A DNA stretch of 53,607 bases, from positions 1 through 53,607 of the forward strand of contig DCWI01000037.1 of assembly GCA_002328825.1 (NCBI GenBank), in the 5' to 3' direction. Numbering within the stretch: position 1 is the first letter of the stretch; each line of letters opens with the position of its first letter. Made by a program: the position numbers and the translations under genes. Positions 20,207 to 30,764 of the stretch are shown in pieces. The notes under the pieces are model-generated. The model had not been told where the DNA came from. It was given only the letters and a program-made list of their open reading frames with translations, and did not search any database. The DNA is from Nitrospiraceae bacterium UBA2166. GTDB taxonomy: Bacteria > Nitrospirota > Nitrospiria > Nitrospirales > UBA2166.

Positions 20207-20866
20207 GTGCTAGTATCTACGGCCGCGTTACCCTTCCTGGGATTTGGGTTTGTGTTGGGGCTTAAGCATGCTCTTGATGGGGATCATATTGTTGCGGTGT
20301 CAACTGTTGTCACCGAAAATCGTAGTGTTATGCGCATGTCTTTGGTTGGGACTTTCTGGGGCATTGGTCATACGGTCTCCTTGTTCCTAGTCGCAGTGCT
20401 TGTACTTGCCTTTGAGGTGACATTGCCTCCGAGGTTTTCCATTTTTGCAGAAACTATTGTTGCGGTCATGCTGACTATTCTCGGTGCTGACCTTCTCAGG
20501 AAAGTGGCTATGAAGGGCATCTCCAGCACACCATTCCATTCCGTAGAAGAGTCTGTGAGTTGCGCTCGTAAACCGTTATTGATTGGTATTGTCCATGGGC
20601 TTGCTGGCAGTGCTGCGTTAATGCTTATGGTTGTTGCAACTATGCCATCAATGTTCCATGGCCTCGTTTATGTCACCGTGTTTGGATTGGGGACGATCGG
20701 AGGTATGTGTGCCATGAGCGTTTTGATGGGGCTTCCTCTGGCGTTGGGTGGGAAGCGAATCGAGGCGTTTGGCGAAACTATCAAAGTTGTGGCCGGCCTC
20801 TTGAGTATTGGTTTTGGCATTGTATTGGGATGGTCAATCAATAAGTCGGGTGGATTGCTATCATGA
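20207..20866 (+). CDS. Putative nickel/cobalt transporter (HupE/UreJ- or NicO-like, HX4DH motif)
   Basis: About 6 TM segments. GFGFVLGLKHALDGDHIVAV carries an H-x4-D-H motif, followed by FWGIGHTVS and a second-half IVHGLAGSAA. GTG start. Confidence 0.65.
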   Translation: MLVSTAALPFLGFGFVLGLKHALDGDHIVAVSTVVTENRSVMRMSLVGTFWGIGHTVSLFLVAVLVLAFEVTLPPRFSIFAETIVAVMLTILGADLLRKVAMKGISSTPFHSVEESVSCARKPLLIGIVHGLAGSAALMLMVVATMPSMFHGLVYVTVFGLGTIGGMCAMSVLMGLPLALGGKRIEAFGETIKVVAGLLSIGFGIVLGWSINKSGGLLS

Positions 20867-20889
20867 GAAAAAAAACTTAGGGTTTTGAG

Positions 20890-22617
20890 TTGACGCCGTT
20901 TCGCATTGCACAGGCTCAAATTAATTGTACCGTTGGAGACCTTACTGGAAACACGGAGAAAATCTGCCAGTCGATTCAGCAAGCCCGATCGCTAAATGCT
21001 GATATCGTAAGCTTTCCAGAGTTGGCTATTACAGGGTATCCCCCTGAAGATTTGGTCCTCAAGCCACAGTTTATTGCAGACAACATTGATGCACTTCAAG
21101 TTATTGCTGCTGAAGCGAAAGGGATTGTGGTTATTGTGGGATTTGTTGATAAAGTCAATGGATTATATAACGCTGCAGCCATATTGTCGCAAGGAAAGGT
21201 ACGCGGTGCTTACCACAAGCACCATCTTCCAAACTATGGAGTGTTTGATGAAAAAAGGTATTTTCGTTCAGGTCGTGATCTACATATCATTGAGGTAAAC
21301 GGTGTCTCAGTGGGGCTTAGTATTTGTGAAGATATGTGGACACAGCGCGGTCCTACTCGTGTGCAGACGTTGGCAGGGGCGACCGTAATTATCAGTATTA
21401 ATGCCTCTCCCTATCAGATAGGAAAGCTTGATGAGCGAGAGCGCATGCTTCGAACTCGGGCAACGCGAAATCAGGTAATTATTGCGTTCAATAACATGGT
21501 TGGGGGACAAGACGAGTTGGTGTTTGATGGATGTAGCATGGTTATTGACCATGAAGGGCGTCTTCTTGCTAAGGGGAAAGCATTTGAAGAAGATTTAGTC
21601 GTTGTCGATCTAGATATTCAAAAAGTAGAGGAGTTTCGAAAACAGAAGCAATCGCGTTTACATAAATCTTCACCTCGAACTCAATCTGTTACACGTATCC
21701 TCTGCTCATTCGAGCCTTATGTTGGCAAGCGCATAAAGGTGTTACCTAAGTTTGGACCGACATTGACAATACTTGATGAAATATATCAAGCGTTGTGTCT
21801 TGGGATTTACGATTATGTGCACAAGAATGGTTTTTCAAAAGTGGCTATTGGGTTGAGTGGAGGAATTGATTCCGCTTTGACTGCTGCTTTGGCCGTTGAC
21901 GCTTTAGGTTCACGGCAGGTTCTGGGTGTATTTATGCCATCTCGGTATACGTCATGTGAAAGTCGTTTTGATGTTGAATCTCTGGTTCATAATCTAAACA
22001 TCAATTTACGAACGATTTCAATTGAAGAAGCGTATACAGCTGTACTCAATATGCTCTCCGAAGAATTTCAAGGAACGACACCAGGTACTACTGAAGAAAA
22101 TCTTCAAGCGAGAATTCGTGGGGATGTTCTCATGGCCTTGTCAAACAAGTTTGGTTGGTTAGTACTTAGTACGGGCAATAAGAGCGAGATGAGTGTGGGA
22201 TATGTGACACTTTATGGGGATATGGCTGGAGGGTTGTCAGTGCTCAAAGATGTTCCAAAAACAATGGTTTATAACCTTGCACGGTTTCGCAATGAGATTG
22301 CTTCAAACGCTATGATTCCTGAACATACTATTCATCGGGATCCGACGGCCGAGTTGCGCGATGATCAGAAGGATCAAGATGTTCTTCCGCCGTATGCCAT
22401 CTTGGATCAGATCTTGGAAGCATATGTCGAAGGGAATCATGCTATGAGTGAAATTGTCTCGATGGGATTTGATGCATCGACTGTTGGTCAGGTTGGTCGG
22501 ATGGTCGATGAGTGTGAATATAAGCGAAGACAAGCTCCGGTTGGAATTAAAATTACCTCTTGTGCGCTTGGTAGGGACAGGCGAATGCCTGTGACCAATC
22601 GATATCAGGAAACCTAG
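20890..22617 (+). CDS. nadE: Glutamine-dependent NAD+ synthetase (CN-hydrolase + NAD synthase domains)
   Basis: N-terminal nitrilase-like domain (FPELAITGYPPEDL, CEDMW) and C-terminal PP-loop (GLSGGIDS). 575 aa. TTG start. Confidence 0.93.
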   Translation: MTPFRIAQAQINCTVGDLTGNTEKICQSIQQARSLNADIVSFPELAITGYPPEDLVLKPQFIADNIDALQVIAAEAKGIVVIVGFVDKVNGLYNAAAILSQGKVRGAYHKHHLPNYGVFDEKRYFRSGRDLHIIEVNGVSVGLSICEDMWTQRGPTRVQTLAGATVIISINASPYQIGKLDERERMLRTRATRNQVIIAFNNMVGGQDELVFDGCSMVIDHEGRLLAKGKAFEEDLVVVDLDIQKVEEFRKQKQSRLHKSSPRTQSVTRILCSFEPYVGKRIKVLPKFGPTLTILDEIYQALCLGIYDYVHKNGFSKVAIGLSGGIDSALTAALAVDALGSRQVLGVFMPSRYTSCESRFDVESLVHNLNINLRTISIEEAYTAVLNMLSEEFQGTTPGTTEENLQARIRGDVLMALSNKFGWLVLSTGNKSEMSVGYVTLYGDMAGGLSVLKDVPKTMVYNLARFRNEIASNAMIPEHTIHRDPTAELRDDQKDQDVLPPYAILDQILEAYVEGNHAMSEIVSMGFDASTVGQVGRMVDECEYKRRQAPVGIKITSCALGRDRRMPVTNRYQET

Positions 22618-22717
22618 CAGGATGGTGGGAAAAATAGTGGTGTTATCTTTAAGGTGCTGTTTCTTGTATAGTTAGTGTACCAACCGAACTTGAAGCTTAC
22701 GAAAGACCTTCTGAATA

Positions 22718-24256
22718 ATGGACCAAAAAATACTTGAGTTAACTGCGCTGTATGAAATCAGTAAAGCGTTTGCGTCTTCGCTTGACCTGAAGGTTGCGTC
22801 AAACAAGGTTATGGATATTTTATCTTCAGTTCTTGGGATGCGCCGTGGAACGCTCACTTTACTTCATCGGGAGACTGGAGAACTGGTTATCGAAGTGGCA
22901 CATGGTTTGACATCGGAGGAAAAAAAACGTGGCCACTATCGAGTTGGGGAAGGAATTACTGGAAAGGTGATGGCGACCGGTGAGCCGATGGTTGTGCCTG
23001 ATATTGGTCAGGAACCACTCTTTCTCAATCGGACGGGTGCTCGAGGAGATATTGAGCACGAGAATATTGCATTTCTTTGCATGCCGGTAAAGGTATATGG
23101 AGATACGATTGGGGTTTTGAGTGTCGATCGACTCTTTGATGATCAGACGATGTTGATAGATGATGATTTGCGCGTGCTGACGATTGTCGCCGGGCAGATT
23201 GGTCAAGCGGTCAAAGTTACTGAGATGGTCACTCAAGAGCGGCAGCGTCTCATTGATCGTAATCAACGGCTTGAACATGAACTTCAGAACAAGTTTCATC
23301 TTCGTAATGTTGTTGGTCATGATCGTAAGATGGAAGAGGTCTACGAATCGGTTGATCGGGTTGCGGAGACACGGGCTACGGTGCTGATTCGAGGAGAGTC
23401 TGGCACGGGTAAAGAATTGATTGCTCGAGCTATCCATTATGGAAGTGCGCGCGCTGGGGCACCTTTTATCAAGGTGAATTGTGCCGCGATTCCTGAATCG
23501 TTGTTGGAGAGTGAGTTGTTTGGGCATGAGAAAGGGGCGTTTACTGGTGCGATTGAAACTCGAAAAGGCCGTTTTGAACAAGCCCATGAAGGAACCCTTT
23601 TTCTCGATGAGGTTGGGGATCTTCCCTTTGCATTGCAACCAAAGTTTCTACGGGTTCTTCAGGAAATGCAATTTGAACGTGTTGGAGGGAGCTCAACAAT
23701 CTCAGTTGATGTTCGTATTATCGCGGCAACGCATCGTGACCTCGAGCGTTTACTGCGGGATAATATGTTTCGCGAGGATTTATACTATAGGTTAAATGTT
23801 GTTCCAATATATATACCGCCATTGCGAGAGCGCATTGCTGATATTCCATTGCTCATTGAGCATTTCTTGCAACGTTTTAATACGGAGCATGGAAAATCTG
23901 TTGAATTTTCACAGGATGCTGTCGAGGTAATGGTTCAACATAAGTGGCTTGGGAATGTGCGCGAACTTGAAAATTGTCTTGAGCGTGCGGTAATCATGAC
24001 TCGAAATAAGGTGATTGATGCAAAAGGCTTGGGGGGGTATATGAACCTCTTGCTGCATTCTGACCTTGTGGTAGCAACTGATATAGAGAAACAGCCTCAC
24101 GATTATTCGTTGCCTGGAAGCGTTCGTGCCATTGAGCGTGAGCAAATCTCTGAAGCGCTTCGTGAATGTGGGGGAGTCAAGGCGAGAGCAGCCAAGCTGC
24201 TTGGTCTCACCAAGAGGCAGATCGGATACAAAATACAAAAGTACAACATTGAATAG
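22718..24256 (+). CDS. Sigma-54-dependent transcriptional activator, GAF-AAA+-Fis HTH (NifA-like architecture)
   Basis: N-terminal GAF domain (LYEISKAFASSLDL...YRVGEGITGKVMATGEPMVVPDI). AAA+ domain with GESGTGKE, GAFTGA and LFLDEVGDL. C-terminal HTH (AAKLLGLTKRQIGYKIQKY). Confidence 0.92.
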   Translation: MDQKILELTALYEISKAFASSLDLKVASNKVMDILSSVLGMRRGTLTLLHRETGELVIEVAHGLTSEEKKRGHYRVGEGITGKVMATGEPMVVPDIGQEPLFLNRTGARGDIEHENIAFLCMPVKVYGDTIGVLSVDRLFDDQTMLIDDDLRVLTIVAGQIGQAVKVTEMVTQERQRLIDRNQRLEHELQNKFHLRNVVGHDRKMEEVYESVDRVAETRATVLIRGESGTGKELIARAIHYGSARAGAPFIKVNCAAIPESLLESELFGHEKGAFTGAIETRKGRFEQAHEGTLFLDEVGDLPFALQPKFLRVLQEMQFERVGGSSTISVDVRIIAATHRDLERLLRDNMFREDLYYRLNVVPIYIPPLRERIADIPLLIEHFLQRFNTEHGKSVEFSQDAVEVMVQHKWLGNVRELENCLERAVIMTRNKVIDAKGLGGYMNLLLHSDLVVATDIEKQPHDYSLPGSVRAIEREQISEALRECGGVKARAAKLLGLTKRQIGYKIQKYNIE

Positions 24257-24399
24257 TGTCATACAATTATGATCTATGTGAAACATTTATGTCGTCATTG
24301 TTGTCGTTTTTGCCATATTTTGACACTCTAGAATAACTCCTAACTATTTGAAAAGTATGATGATTGTACATAAAGTGGATTTTCTTGACCATAGCATAG

Positions 24400-24720
24400 C
24401 AATTGCTTCTATTAGAGTACATCGTCGCTCTGGGTATCAGCTAGGATGAGATCTTGCTGTTGGACGAATATGGGTGCATTTAAGGGTGCGTGGGGGTTTG
24501 TGCGATTGATATTGGTGTCTGTTTTGGGATTGCTGCGGGCATGTTCTGCTACATGGCAGTTTTCTTGAAGGCTAAACTAAGGTATGATGGCACTTGTAAT
24601 GTTGTAGCCATTCAGAGGTTGGGGGATCTGGACGGCGACTTCCACCAGAGAGACTCTTTGCGAATCCACTGTTTTTCTTTCCTCTGGGATGTTTTTGGCG
24701 AGTATCATGTGAGTGTCTAA
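24400..24720 (+). pseudogene. amtB: Degraded 3' fragment of an Amt-family ammonium transporter gene (amtB relic)
   Basis: Colinear Amt-like peptide pieces lie in shifting + frames: GAFKGAWGF (24473-24499), IGVCFGIAAGMFCYMAVFLKAKLRYDGTCNVVAIQ (within 24490-24615) and RGWGIWTATSTR (24614-24649). In-frame stops occur at 24442 and 24481. Only about 0.3 kb is left. Confidence 0.55.
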
Positions 24721-24798
24721 TCCTTGGTGCTGGTATGACTTCAGGCACTAGAGGCAAGAAGATTGGAATAGAAACATAAGATGCAGCTGCGCAATTAG

Positions 24799-25152
<354 letters not shown>

Positions 25153-25166
25153 CTATTGGCATCGAC

Positions 25167-27875
25167 ATGGTCGTAGACACTCCACTTAAGGAGCAGATTT
25201 TAAAAAAACGCTCGGATATTCGAGCAGCCCACCAGAATGGCGCAAGTGGCCAAGGGGTGTCCTCGGCTTTGGCTGCGCTTTCCGAAGATATTATTGAGCA
25301 GTTGTATCGGGTGGCGTTGGAGGAATTAGGGACGAACGCAATCCACCAACTCTCGGAGCGAATTAGTCTGGTTGCTTTGGGGGGATTCGGACGTGGTGAA
25401 GTGTCTCCACATTCTGATATTGATCTCATGTTCCTCTATCGTGGAAACCCTGTTGATTTGGTTCAATCGTTTTCTTCCATGCTTCTTCGGAGTCTTTGGG
25501 ATCTTGGGTTTCATGTTGGGCATAGTGTGCGTACGATTGATGATTGCATAGCTCTTGGAAAATCAGATGTTCCTACAAAAACGGCGTTGATGGAATCTCG
25601 ATTTCTGATTGGGAGTGCTTCATTATTTCGTGCGTTTCATGAGAAATTTGAAAAACATGTTACTACCCTTCGGGTTGATGAATTTCTGGTTAGGAAAACA
25701 CAAGAGCGATATGAGGAATATAACCGCTATGGTAGATCAGTGTATACACTGGAGCCAAATGTCAAACGGAGCAAAGGCGGGTTGAGGGACATTCACCTCA
25801 TTCAGTGGGCAGCATTAGCTAGATATCGAATTGCGACGTTGGAGGCTCTTTACCATAAAGCTTTTTTGTCTAGTAAGGATTTTCAATCGCTTAATCAGGC
25901 GAGAGAGTTTTTGTGGCGCGTAAGGGCCGAGTTACACTTTCATGCTAGGTCTGCACAGGATATTCTGACTTTTGATGAACAAATACGTCTTGCCAAACTG
26001 TTTGGTTTTACCAGCAAACCTCCTTTACTAGAGGTTGAGTGTTTTATGCAGCAATATTACCGACATACTACGGCTGTGGCTGATATCAGTGCGCGGTTTG
26101 TAAGGCGGTGTCGCCCTAGGTCAGTGTGGGATCGCTTGGGCAGTCTGCTTCCATCGCGACGACCGGAGCGAGGGTTTTTGGTTAAGAATAATCATCTAAC
26201 CATCGATCCTGCATTTCGCGGTGAGGTGATGAGTAGTGGCACCATGCTAATGCGCCTGTTTTTTATTTCGGTGCGCGAAAACATTCAGATTTCCGACGAT
26301 CTTCTTGAGAATTTGTATGTCCAAATCGATGGAATGACTCAGGAAAAGTTTACTGATCCCAAGGTCAATGAAATGTTTCTTCATATTTTATCAGGGCCCC
26401 ACAAGATTATTGAGGTGCTTGATTTGATGCATCGTGTTCATCTATTGGAGAAGATCATCCCGGCATTTGGATTGGCTCGTGGGTTAATGCAGTTTAACCA
26501 ATATCATAAGTATACGGTTGATGAGCATAGCCTTCGGGCTGTGGCGTGTGCCGAAGCATTTGCAAAAGATCCACGAGAGTCGAGGGAGCGATCGGATTTA
26601 TCTCAAGTTTATCGTGATATCCGTCGGAAAGATTTGCTCCATCTTGCGTTGCTTTTGCATGATCTTGGGAAGAGCTCGAAAGGGGATCATAGCCTAATTG
26701 GGGGAAAGCTTGCTCATGAGGCATCTCAGAGGCTCGGGCTGGATGGTCATGAGACTACTCTGTTGGTTTTTTTGGTCGAGAATCATCTTTATATGTCCCA
26801 TATAGCGCAGCGGAGGGACTTATCTGATCCCAAAGTTATCCAAAACTTTGCCAAACAAGTGGGTACTCCGGAAGTGTTGAAGAAGTTATACGTGCTAACT
26901 GCAGCAGATATTGCAGCAGTAGGGCCAGGGGCGTTAACCTCTTGGAAAAAGGACTTACTCACTGAACTGTTTCTTCGGACTCTTGATGCTGTGGCGGGTG
27001 CTGTTACCGTCTCTGATGATCGTAACTCTAAACCTGTCCGTTTGGTTATGGCAAGACTTGCTGAGGTAGTCCCTGTGTGGTGGGATGAGATGAGGCTGGA
27101 ATTTTCTCACGAGAGTTGTTGGGAGAAATGGGTGGAGAGTCAAGCAGCAGTCACACCAATTACCTATCTGCTCTCAACTTCTTATGAGGTTATGATGTCG
27201 CACTTTCGCCAGATTATTCGAATTCGGTCTGGGGAGGTTGTGGCAAAGGGTGTGTTTGATGAGAATCGTGGATATCTTGATATCACGGTGTACGCGTTTA
27301 ATGATTTGACGCCACAGATATTTTCAAAAATTGCTGGTGCAATGGCAATGAATGGTCTCCAAGTGCTTGGTGCAAGGATTACAACGAGAGAGGATCACCT
27401 TGTCATTGATCAGTTTAATGTGATAGACCCTGATTTTTCAGGAGTGCCTCCTGCATATCGATTAGAGGAAATCGAGTCAACTGTATGTCGAGTGCTTACG
27501 GGAGAGATTTCATTAGAAATGTTGATGAGAAAAGAGGGTTGGCATTCTGGGTTTCGTTCTCTTCCTTCTAGTGGTGAGGAGCCAAAGGTAGAGATTGATA
27601 ACGAGTCATCGGCCTGCTTTACTATCATTGATATCTTTGCAGATGATCAACAGGGTTTGTTGTATGTGATCGCAAACGCGGTTTCCGAGATGGGATTGTC
27701 TGTCCATTCGGCCAAGATCTCGACAAAACTAGATCAAGTTGTTGACGTTCTATATGTCTCAGATTCCGCAGGCCAGAAAGTTGTTGACGTTGATCGCTTA
27801 CAGGGAATTCGGACATGCCTACTGACAGATATTCGTCAATTCAGTGCGCGGCATCAATCCGTATCAGCCGCATGA
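25167..27875 (+). CDS. glnD: Bifunctional [protein-PII] uridylyltransferase/uridylyl-removing enzyme
   Basis: 902 aa. Nucleotidyltransferase motif (GGFGRGEVSPHSDIDLMFLY), HD domain (LLHDLGK) and two C-terminal ACT-like segments. Confidence 0.93.
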   Translation: MVVDTPLKEQILKKRSDIRAAHQNGASGQGVSSALAALSEDIIEQLYRVALEELGTNAIHQLSERISLVALGGFGRGEVSPHSDIDLMFLYRGNPVDLVQSFSSMLLRSLWDLGFHVGHSVRTIDDCIALGKSDVPTKTALMESRFLIGSASLFRAFHEKFEKHVTTLRVDEFLVRKTQERYEEYNRYGRSVYTLEPNVKRSKGGLRDIHLIQWAALARYRIATLEALYHKAFLSSKDFQSLNQAREFLWRVRAELHFHARSAQDILTFDEQIRLAKLFGFTSKPPLLEVECFMQQYYRHTTAVADISARFVRRCRPRSVWDRLGSLLPSRRPERGFLVKNNHLTIDPAFRGEVMSSGTMLMRLFFISVRENIQISDDLLENLYVQIDGMTQEKFTDPKVNEMFLHILSGPHKIIEVLDLMHRVHLLEKIIPAFGLARGLMQFNQYHKYTVDEHSLRAVACAEAFAKDPRESRERSDLSQVYRDIRRKDLLHLALLLHDLGKSSKGDHSLIGGKLAHEASQRLGLDGHETTLLVFLVENHLYMSHIAQRRDLSDPKVIQNFAKQVGTPEVLKKLYVLTAADIAAVGPGALTSWKKDLLTELFLRTLDAVAGAVTVSDDRNSKPVRLVMARLAEVVPVWWDEMRLEFSHESCWEKWVESQAAVTPITYLLSTSYEVMMSHFRQIIRIRSGEVVAKGVFDENRGYLDITVYAFNDLTPQIFSKIAGAMAMNGLQVLGARITTREDHLVIDQFNVIDPDFSGVPPAYRLEEIESTVCRVLTGEISLEMLMRKEGWHSGFRSLPSSGEEPKVEIDNESSACFTIIDIFADDQQGLLYVIANAVSEMGLSVHSAKISTKLDQVVDVLYVSDSAGQKVVDVDRLQGIRTCLLTDIRQFSARHQSVSAA

Positions 27876-27926
27876 GTAGAAAACATTGATTAGCAAAGGC
27901 TCATCTCATTTAAAAAGGGGGAGGAA

Positions 27927-29345
27927 ATGACTAGTAAAGAGGTTCTTGACTTGGCAAAGAAACACAAAGTGGAAATTGTGGATGTTAGGTTCTGCGATTT
28001 TCCTGGCCAGTGGCAACACTTTTCGATTCCAGTCTCTGAGCTATCGGAGGACACGTTTGAAGAAGGACTTGGTTTTGATGGATCCAGTATCAGGGGATTT
28101 CAGACCATCGATGAAAGCGATATGTTGCTGATGCCAGATCCGAACTCCGCTTTTCTCGATCCGTTTACGGAGCACACAACACTCAACTTGATTTGCAATA
28201 TTAAAGATCCGATTACTGGACAGGCCTATTCGCGAGACCCTCGTTTGGTGGCCCAGAAAGCTGAAAAATATCTTAAGGATACTGGGGTGGCTGATATAAG
28301 CTACTGGGGGCCTGAAATTGAATTTTATATTTTTGACAGTGTGCGATTCAATCAAACCTACAACGAAGGTTTTTATCACGTAGATTCCGTAGAGGGGTTT
28401 TGGAATTCTGGGGATGCTACACAACAGAATCTTGGGCATAAGCCACGATACAAAGAAGGCTATTTCCCTGTGTCTCCGGTGGATCATTACCAAGATCTTC
28501 GTTCGGAGATGGTTACAGTTCTCCAAAAGGCCGGAATCACGGTTGAGGTTCAGCATCATGAGGTTGGTACGGGTGGTCAGGCGGAGATCGATATGCGATT
28601 TGGTACGTTGACCGCGATGGCTGATAACGTTCTGAAATATAAATATATAGTTAAGAACGTTGCAAAGCAGCGTGGAAAAACAGTTACTATGATGCCCAAG
28701 CCGTTGTTCATGGATAATGGAACCGGGATGCACGTTCACCAAAGTCTTTGGAAGGGTGGCAAGAATCTTTTCTTTGACCCAAAGGATCCGTATGCATTGC
28801 TCAGTGATACTGCACGTCATTATATTGGAGGAATACTTTCCCATGCCTTGGCGCTGTGCGCATTTATCGCACCCACGACAAATTCCTATCGGCGGCTTGT
28901 TCCGGGATATGAGGCTCCGATTAATCTGGCCTACTCCAAACGCAACCGTAGTGCCTGTGTTCGTATTCCAATGTATTCTAAGAACGAAAAAGCTAAGCGT
29001 ATTGAATTTCGGTGTCCAGACCCAAGTGCAAATCCCTACTATGCTTTTTCTGCGATGCTGATGGCTGGGCTTGATGGGATTGAGAAAAAGATTGAACCTC
29101 CAGCTCCGTTGGATAAGAACATTTATGACTTGGAACCTGAAGAAAAGGCAAAGGTAAAGTCGGTAGCCGGCTCGCTTGATGAAGCTTTGGATAATTTGGA
29201 AAAGGATCATGCTTTCTTGTTGAAAGGGAATGTATTTACGCAGGATGTGATTGACACTTGGTTAGACTATAAGCGAACCAACGAAGTGGATGCTATACGC
29301 TTGCGGCCACACCCACACGAATTTGCTCTTTACTACGATATCTAA
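27927..29345 (+). CDS. glnA: Glutamine synthetase type I
   Basis: 472 aa. GSI motifs ([40 protein letters not shown]). An adenylylation-type site (KNIYDL) is retained. Confidence 0.97.
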   Translation: MTSKEVLDLAKKHKVEIVDVRFCDFPGQWQHFSIPVSELSEDTFEEGLGFDGSSIRGFQTIDESDMLLMPDPNSAFLDPFTEHTTLNLICNIKDPITGQAYSRDPRLVAQKAEKYLKDTGVADISYWGPEIEFYIFDSVRFNQTYNEGFYHVDSVEGFWNSGDATQQNLGHKPRYKEGYFPVSPVDHYQDLRSEMVTVLQKAGITVEVQHHEVGTGGQAEIDMRFGTLTAMADNVLKYKYIVKNVAKQRGKTVTMMPKPLFMDNGTGMHVHQSLWKGGKNLFFDPKDPYALLSDTARHYIGGILSHALALCAFIAPTTNSYRRLVPGYEAPINLAYSKRNRSACVRIPMYSKNEKAKRIEFRCPDPSANPYYAFSAMLMAGLDGIEKKIEPPAPLDKNIYDLEPEEKAKVKSVAGSLDEALDNLEKDHAFLLKGNVFTQDVIDTWLDYKRTNEVDAIRLRPHPHEFALYYDI

Positions 29346-29353
29346 TCCGTCTC

Positions 29354-29392
29354 CTTTGTCCCTATCCGCATATCATACGGGTAGGGGCAAAG
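29354..29392 (+). terminator. Stem-loop downstream of glnA (15-bp stem incl. 2 G-U, 9-nt loop)
   Basis: CTTTGTCCCTATCCG-CATATCATA-CGGGTAGGGGCAAAG starts 9 nt after the glnA stop. No U-tract follows, so its intrinsic-terminator status is uncertain. Confidence 0.5.
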
Positions 29393-29487
29393 TCACTATG
29401 GTTCATATATTTCCCGTGTAGATCATGTTTTTTTCTTTGCTGCGATTGCATGTCATGTGACGTTAGATTTTTCTGAGCAAACACATT

Positions 29488-29847
29488 ATGCCACGTGAGT
29501 TGATTGCCAAGTATCAATTATCTGGGGTTGACGAACGTGATCGAGGCTTCAGTCGGCAGGTACGCCTAGACTATGACGATGGCAAGTATATAGCGTCATT
29601 GAAGTATGAAAAAATATTTGTCGAAACAGATGGATCTATGGATGAAGGCTCTGCTGTAGAGGAACTTGTACGGACACTACATCAACTGGGGTATGTTCAG
29701 TTGCAAACTCAACGGAGCTTCTCTGGAATGACTTATCTTGGTACTCACGGGCCTTGTGTTGAGTATCCTGATTCTGAGCGACTGAAACAAATCAATGTGG
29801 GGAGTGGTATCTTTGGATGGATACGTCATATTCTGACACACTCATAA
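29488..29847 (+). CDS. Hypothetical protein (119 aa)
   Basis: Clean ORF with an ATG start. I recognise no family. Confidence 0.5.
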   Translation: MPRELIAKYQLSGVDERDRGFSRQVRLDYDDGKYIASLKYEKIFVETDGSMDEGSAVEELVRTLHQLGYVQLQTQRSFSGMTYLGTHGPCVEYPDSERLKQINVGSGIFGWIRHILTHS

Positions 29848-29857
29848 GAAAAATTTC

Positions 29858-30718
29858 GTGATCCTCAACGAAACTGACAAAGGATTTAAGGGTAAACGTG
29901 TGGTGGCTTTTGAAAGTCGGATGGCTGATCAGATGCGGACATTAATTGCAAGATTTGGGGGTGATCCGTTTGTTGCGCCGTCGATGCAAGAAGTTTCTCT
30001 TGACAACAATAGAGATATTGTCGAATTTGGTGAGCGGTTACATTCTGGACAGATTGACCTCATTATTTTTCTGACAGGAGTGGGGATACGAAAAATGATT
30101 GGGGTTCTTGATGTATATTGGACTCGGGATCAAACGGTGAACACTTTGCGAAAGCTTTCCCTTATCACTCGTGGACCAAAGCCGGCTCAGGCACTACGTG
30201 AAATTGGTCTCCAGCCAACCATCAACGTGCCTGAACCAAATACGTGGAGTGATATCCTGAGTGCTCTTGATGGACAGAGCCTAGAAAGAAAACGTGTTGC
30301 AGTCCAAGAATACGGTGCCTCAAATTTTAAATTGCTTCAAGGGCTTCGAGATCGTGGTGCAGTGGTTGATGCGGTGATGGTCTATCGGTGGGCTTTACCA
30401 GAAGATCTCAACCCGCTAATGCAAGCCATTGATGAATTAGTAAAACACACGGTTGATGTGGTCTTGTTCACCAGTGCTGTTCAAGTGGATCATCTGTTGA
30501 AAGTTGCAGAATGGAATAGTCTCGCTAATGACGTGAAACGCGCGTTTAGACGTATGATGGTTGGATCAATTGGCCCCGTGGCATCTGAGCGGATTCGCGC
30601 ACACAGTCTTTCAGTTGATTTTGAGCCAACTCATTCTAAAATGGGAATATTCGTGAAAGAATCCAGTGAACGATCCGAAGACCTTATTTTGATAAAGCGC
30701 TCAAAATCCCTCACGTAG
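29858..30718 (+). CDS. Uroporphyrinogen-III synthase (HemD/HEM4)-like protein
   Basis: Two-lobed HEM4-like pattern (KRVVAFESR...IDLIIFLTGVG...KRVAVQEYG...VDVVLFTSAVQV). GTG start lies 10 nt after the preceding ORF. Confidence 0.7.
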   Translation: MILNETDKGFKGKRVVAFESRMADQMRTLIARFGGDPFVAPSMQEVSLDNNRDIVEFGERLHSGQIDLIIFLTGVGIRKMIGVLDVYWTRDQTVNTLRKLSLITRGPKPAQALREIGLQPTINVPEPNTWSDILSALDGQSLERKRVAVQEYGASNFKLLQGLRDRGAVVDAVMVYRWALPEDLNPLMQAIDELVKHTVDVVLFTSAVQVDHLLKVAEWNSLANDVKRAFRRMMVGSIGPVASERIRAHSLSVDFEPTHSKMGIFVKESSERSEDLILIKRSKSLT

Positions 30719-30764
30719 ATTGTAGAGTAAAACATCCAGCAAATAAACCGAATGGGATACTGGC

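Noticed and set aside
24588-24606. TGGCAC hexamer as a sigma54 -24 element upstream of glnB.
   Set aside because: The -12 position reads ATGT rather than TTGC, and the GG-N10-GC rule is not met. The site also lies inside the amtB relic.
24490-24720. A 76-aa ORF (GTG start) as a genuine small membrane-protein gene.
   Set aside because: Its sequence continues Amt-family motifs that carry on in other frames on both sides. It is better explained as one piece of the degraded amtB.
28041-29210. A 389-aa ORF antisense to glnA. Similar long antisense ORFs lie at 22859-23638 (opposite the sigma54 activator) and 11895-12485 (opposite rpsM/rpsK).
   Set aside because: All three are in the codon-aligned antisense frame; I checked the phase against each sense gene. 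In that frame a stop needs a sense TTA, CTA or TCA codon, which well-expressed genes avoid. The translations are low-complexity and match no family I know. A codon-bias artefact is the simpler reading. Ribosome profiling would be needed to argue otherwise.
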